Below, piece after piece: positions 62,100 through 64,000 of a stretch of 64,000 nucleotides of DNA; position 1 is the stretch's first letter, and the number at the start of each line of letters is the position of its first letter. The translations under genes and the position numbers were made by a program. The notes under the pieces were generated by a model. That model was not told where the DNA came from and searched no databases. It was given only the letters and a program-made list of their open reading frames with translations. This DNA is from Toensbergia leucococca (lineage: Eukaryota), in the NCBI GenBank assembly GCA_022813965.1, contig JALDZS010000019.1:62001-126000 (forward strand). The letters are read 5' to 3'.

Positions 62100-62960
62100 C
62101 TAACCCTCACCCCCAAACCTCCTCTCTACCTCCGCCACCAAGTCCTCCGCCCCACTCCCCCCCTCGCAATCCTTCCACGCCCCCCCATCCCTAACACACC
62201 ACACATCCCCCCCCACCCTAACAGTACAACTCCTCTTCACCCCCGCCTCCGCACTCCTCTCCACGCTCTCCCTCAGCAAATCCATCCCCTTCCCCTCTTC
62301 GCTCACACACGCATTCAGCTGCTCAAAGTCAACCCCGTGTTCTAGCGCGCAGTCCTCGACGAGGGAGCGCTCGGGGATGCGGTCGTAGGAGGAGATGAGG
62401 CAGGTGGTGAAGCCGAGGGAGATTTTGGCGGAGGGGTAGAGGATCGTGGCGCAGAGGGATAAGATGTTGCCAAGGCATTCGGTCGGGCCGTGCATGCAGG
62501 TTATTGAGTCGTCTGAGGAGATTCTTTGGGGGCATAGACGAGTCAGATGGGTTTTGGGAGTATTTCTTAAGAGGGTAGGCGAGACGTACGTGCTAATGAA
62601 GGAGAGTCGGAAGTCGACTTTGTCGACGACTTTTTCCATGGCAGGCACGACGAGCTGGCGCAAGCAGTCGCGCGCGTCGGGGCATTTGGACATGATGTGT
62701 GCTTCTAGGGGGACAAGGGTGGCGTTTTTGGTTGGGGCGGGGGTGGATTTAGGAGGTGAGGTCGGAAGGAGTGGGTTTGAGGGGGTGAAAGGGTGGATGT
62801 GGGAGAGAAGGAAAGAGGTGAGTAGGAGGAAGGGGAGGATGGCTAGGAGGAGGAGGCGTCGGCGGATGGGTGGGGGGATCATGGAGCTTTGGAGTGGCGA
62901 TTGGTGGGTTTGCGGGTGGTGTTTGAGAAGAGGGGAGTGGAAAGGGAGCTTTTCGTCCAT
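62100..62960 (-). CDS. GILT-family (gamma-interferon-inducible lysosomal thiol reductase-like) protein
   Basis: Signal-anchor TM segment, VPLEAHIMSKCPDARDC, CMHGPTECLGN, SCTVRV, WCVRDGGAWKDC; one in-frame intron near 62526-62590. Confidence 0.88.
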   Translation of the reverse strand: MDEKLPFHSPLLKHHPQTHQSPLQSSMIPPPIRRRLLLLAILPFLLLTSFLLSHIHPFTPSNPLLPTSPPKSTPAPTKNATLVPLEAHIMSKCPDARDCLRQLVVPAMEKVVDKVDFRLSFISTYVSPTLLRNTPKTHLTRLCPQRISSDDSITCMHGPTECLGNILSLCATILYPSAKISLGFTTCLISSYDRIPERSLVEDCALEHGVDFEQLNACVSEEGKGMDLLRESVERSAEAGVKRSCTVRVGGDVWCVRDGGAWKDCEGGSGAEDLVAEVERRFGGEG

Positions 62961-64000
62961 TTTTGTGAGAGTTGTGAGGTTTGAAATGGATCTAAGGTAG
63001 GTGCTGGTGATGCGGTCGAGGGGTCGTCGTCGAGTGCGGGAGACAGGGGTCTGGGACGATTTCATTGGCGGTGTGCCGCTCCAGCCACATCTCTCGGCGA
63101 CATGCAATCATTACTTTTTCTTCACATTTTCTGGAGCTCTGGGACTTGCATCTGACGTGCAGATAGCTGTTCTATCCATGCGATTCAAGAAGTGTACCTG
63201 ATTCTTCGTTTTCATATTTGTCATCATTCCTTGCTTCCACTGCACCCAATACGATACCTCTTTCAATGCAAACCTGTTCAGCCGTGGTCTTCATTTCTGT
63301 TCCTGATCTCTGCCCGTTCTGTGGAATCTCGGATTCTCTTCTGCAGTCCCTCAAAAGTTCGATGGAACATGATTAGGCCCAAGTTCTCTACAGCAGAAAA
63401 GGGACCATAAAATGTTTCTCTTTTGGGCAAAACATGTTCTCTTTGGGAAAAACCTCTTTGTCTTCGAAACAGAGTGTGTTTCCTGTAAATTAAAACGTTC
63501 CTTCGGGTAGGTTCCTAAGTATCAAAAGGGGGTATTAGTAGCCAACACATACCTGACCGCCCCGATCAGTTGGCCTTTGCGTTTGCACATCTAGTTTCAT
63601 TTGATATTTTACTACATCGCTCAGCTAAGCGATGAGTGATCTAATGCTCCCGCATGATCCAAAAGTGCAGTCTTTTCCAAGGTCAGTCATCGTTCTATAG
63701 CGTTTATCAGAGTGCTTCTCTTCGTCTTGCGATATTAAAATATGAAGTCATTGACAATCTTGAGTAAGGTACCTTAATGAGACGTACCACTGTTAGGAAC
63801 GGCGTATTAGACGCTTTGCAATTTGATCAAATCGCGGGCATGCGAATTTGCACATCAACTACTCACATGCGCTGGGAAGGTATGAGCTACTTTCCTACAA
63901 TCCTTGATTTTAAATCTGCGGCATTGATAATGCTCGTGGTCATTACTTGGTCCAAGTATCCCAAAGATCGCCATTATGACTACTTCCCCCCCCTCAAGCA

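Overview
Gene-dense, intron-containing DNA from a filamentous ascomycete (Pezizomycotina). Most genes are recognisable housekeeping genes: PRP22 (5' part), 3-hydroxyisobutyrate dehydrogenase, Bqt4-like APSES/KilA-N protein, Rho-GDI, PPG1 phosphatase, AP-3 beta, NUF2, Pol III Rpc5/Rpc37, CLP1, a GNAT, DDB1, Arb1, a Pmp3-family protein, UDP-glucose 4-epimerase, inositol polyphosphate multikinase, a SUN-domain protein and a GILT-like thiol reductase. Less ordinary elements: (i) a head-to-head pair of a hydrolase-NACHT-ankyrin NLR and a Zn2Cys6-ankyrin protein; (ii) three separate genes built on one C-x8-CGH...CxxC module; (iii) a ~355-nt fold-back inside a 608-nt NUF2 intron; (iv) a TATA / tRNA-like / tRNA-like / oligo-T Pol III-type cassette; (v) a MITE with an 8-bp TSD; (vi) a Tc1-like transposon with a GAC TSD whose nine internal stops are all TGA; (vii) a compound minisatellite before the SUN gene. 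All calls come from reading the sequence by eye. No searches were run, and exon boundaries are manual.
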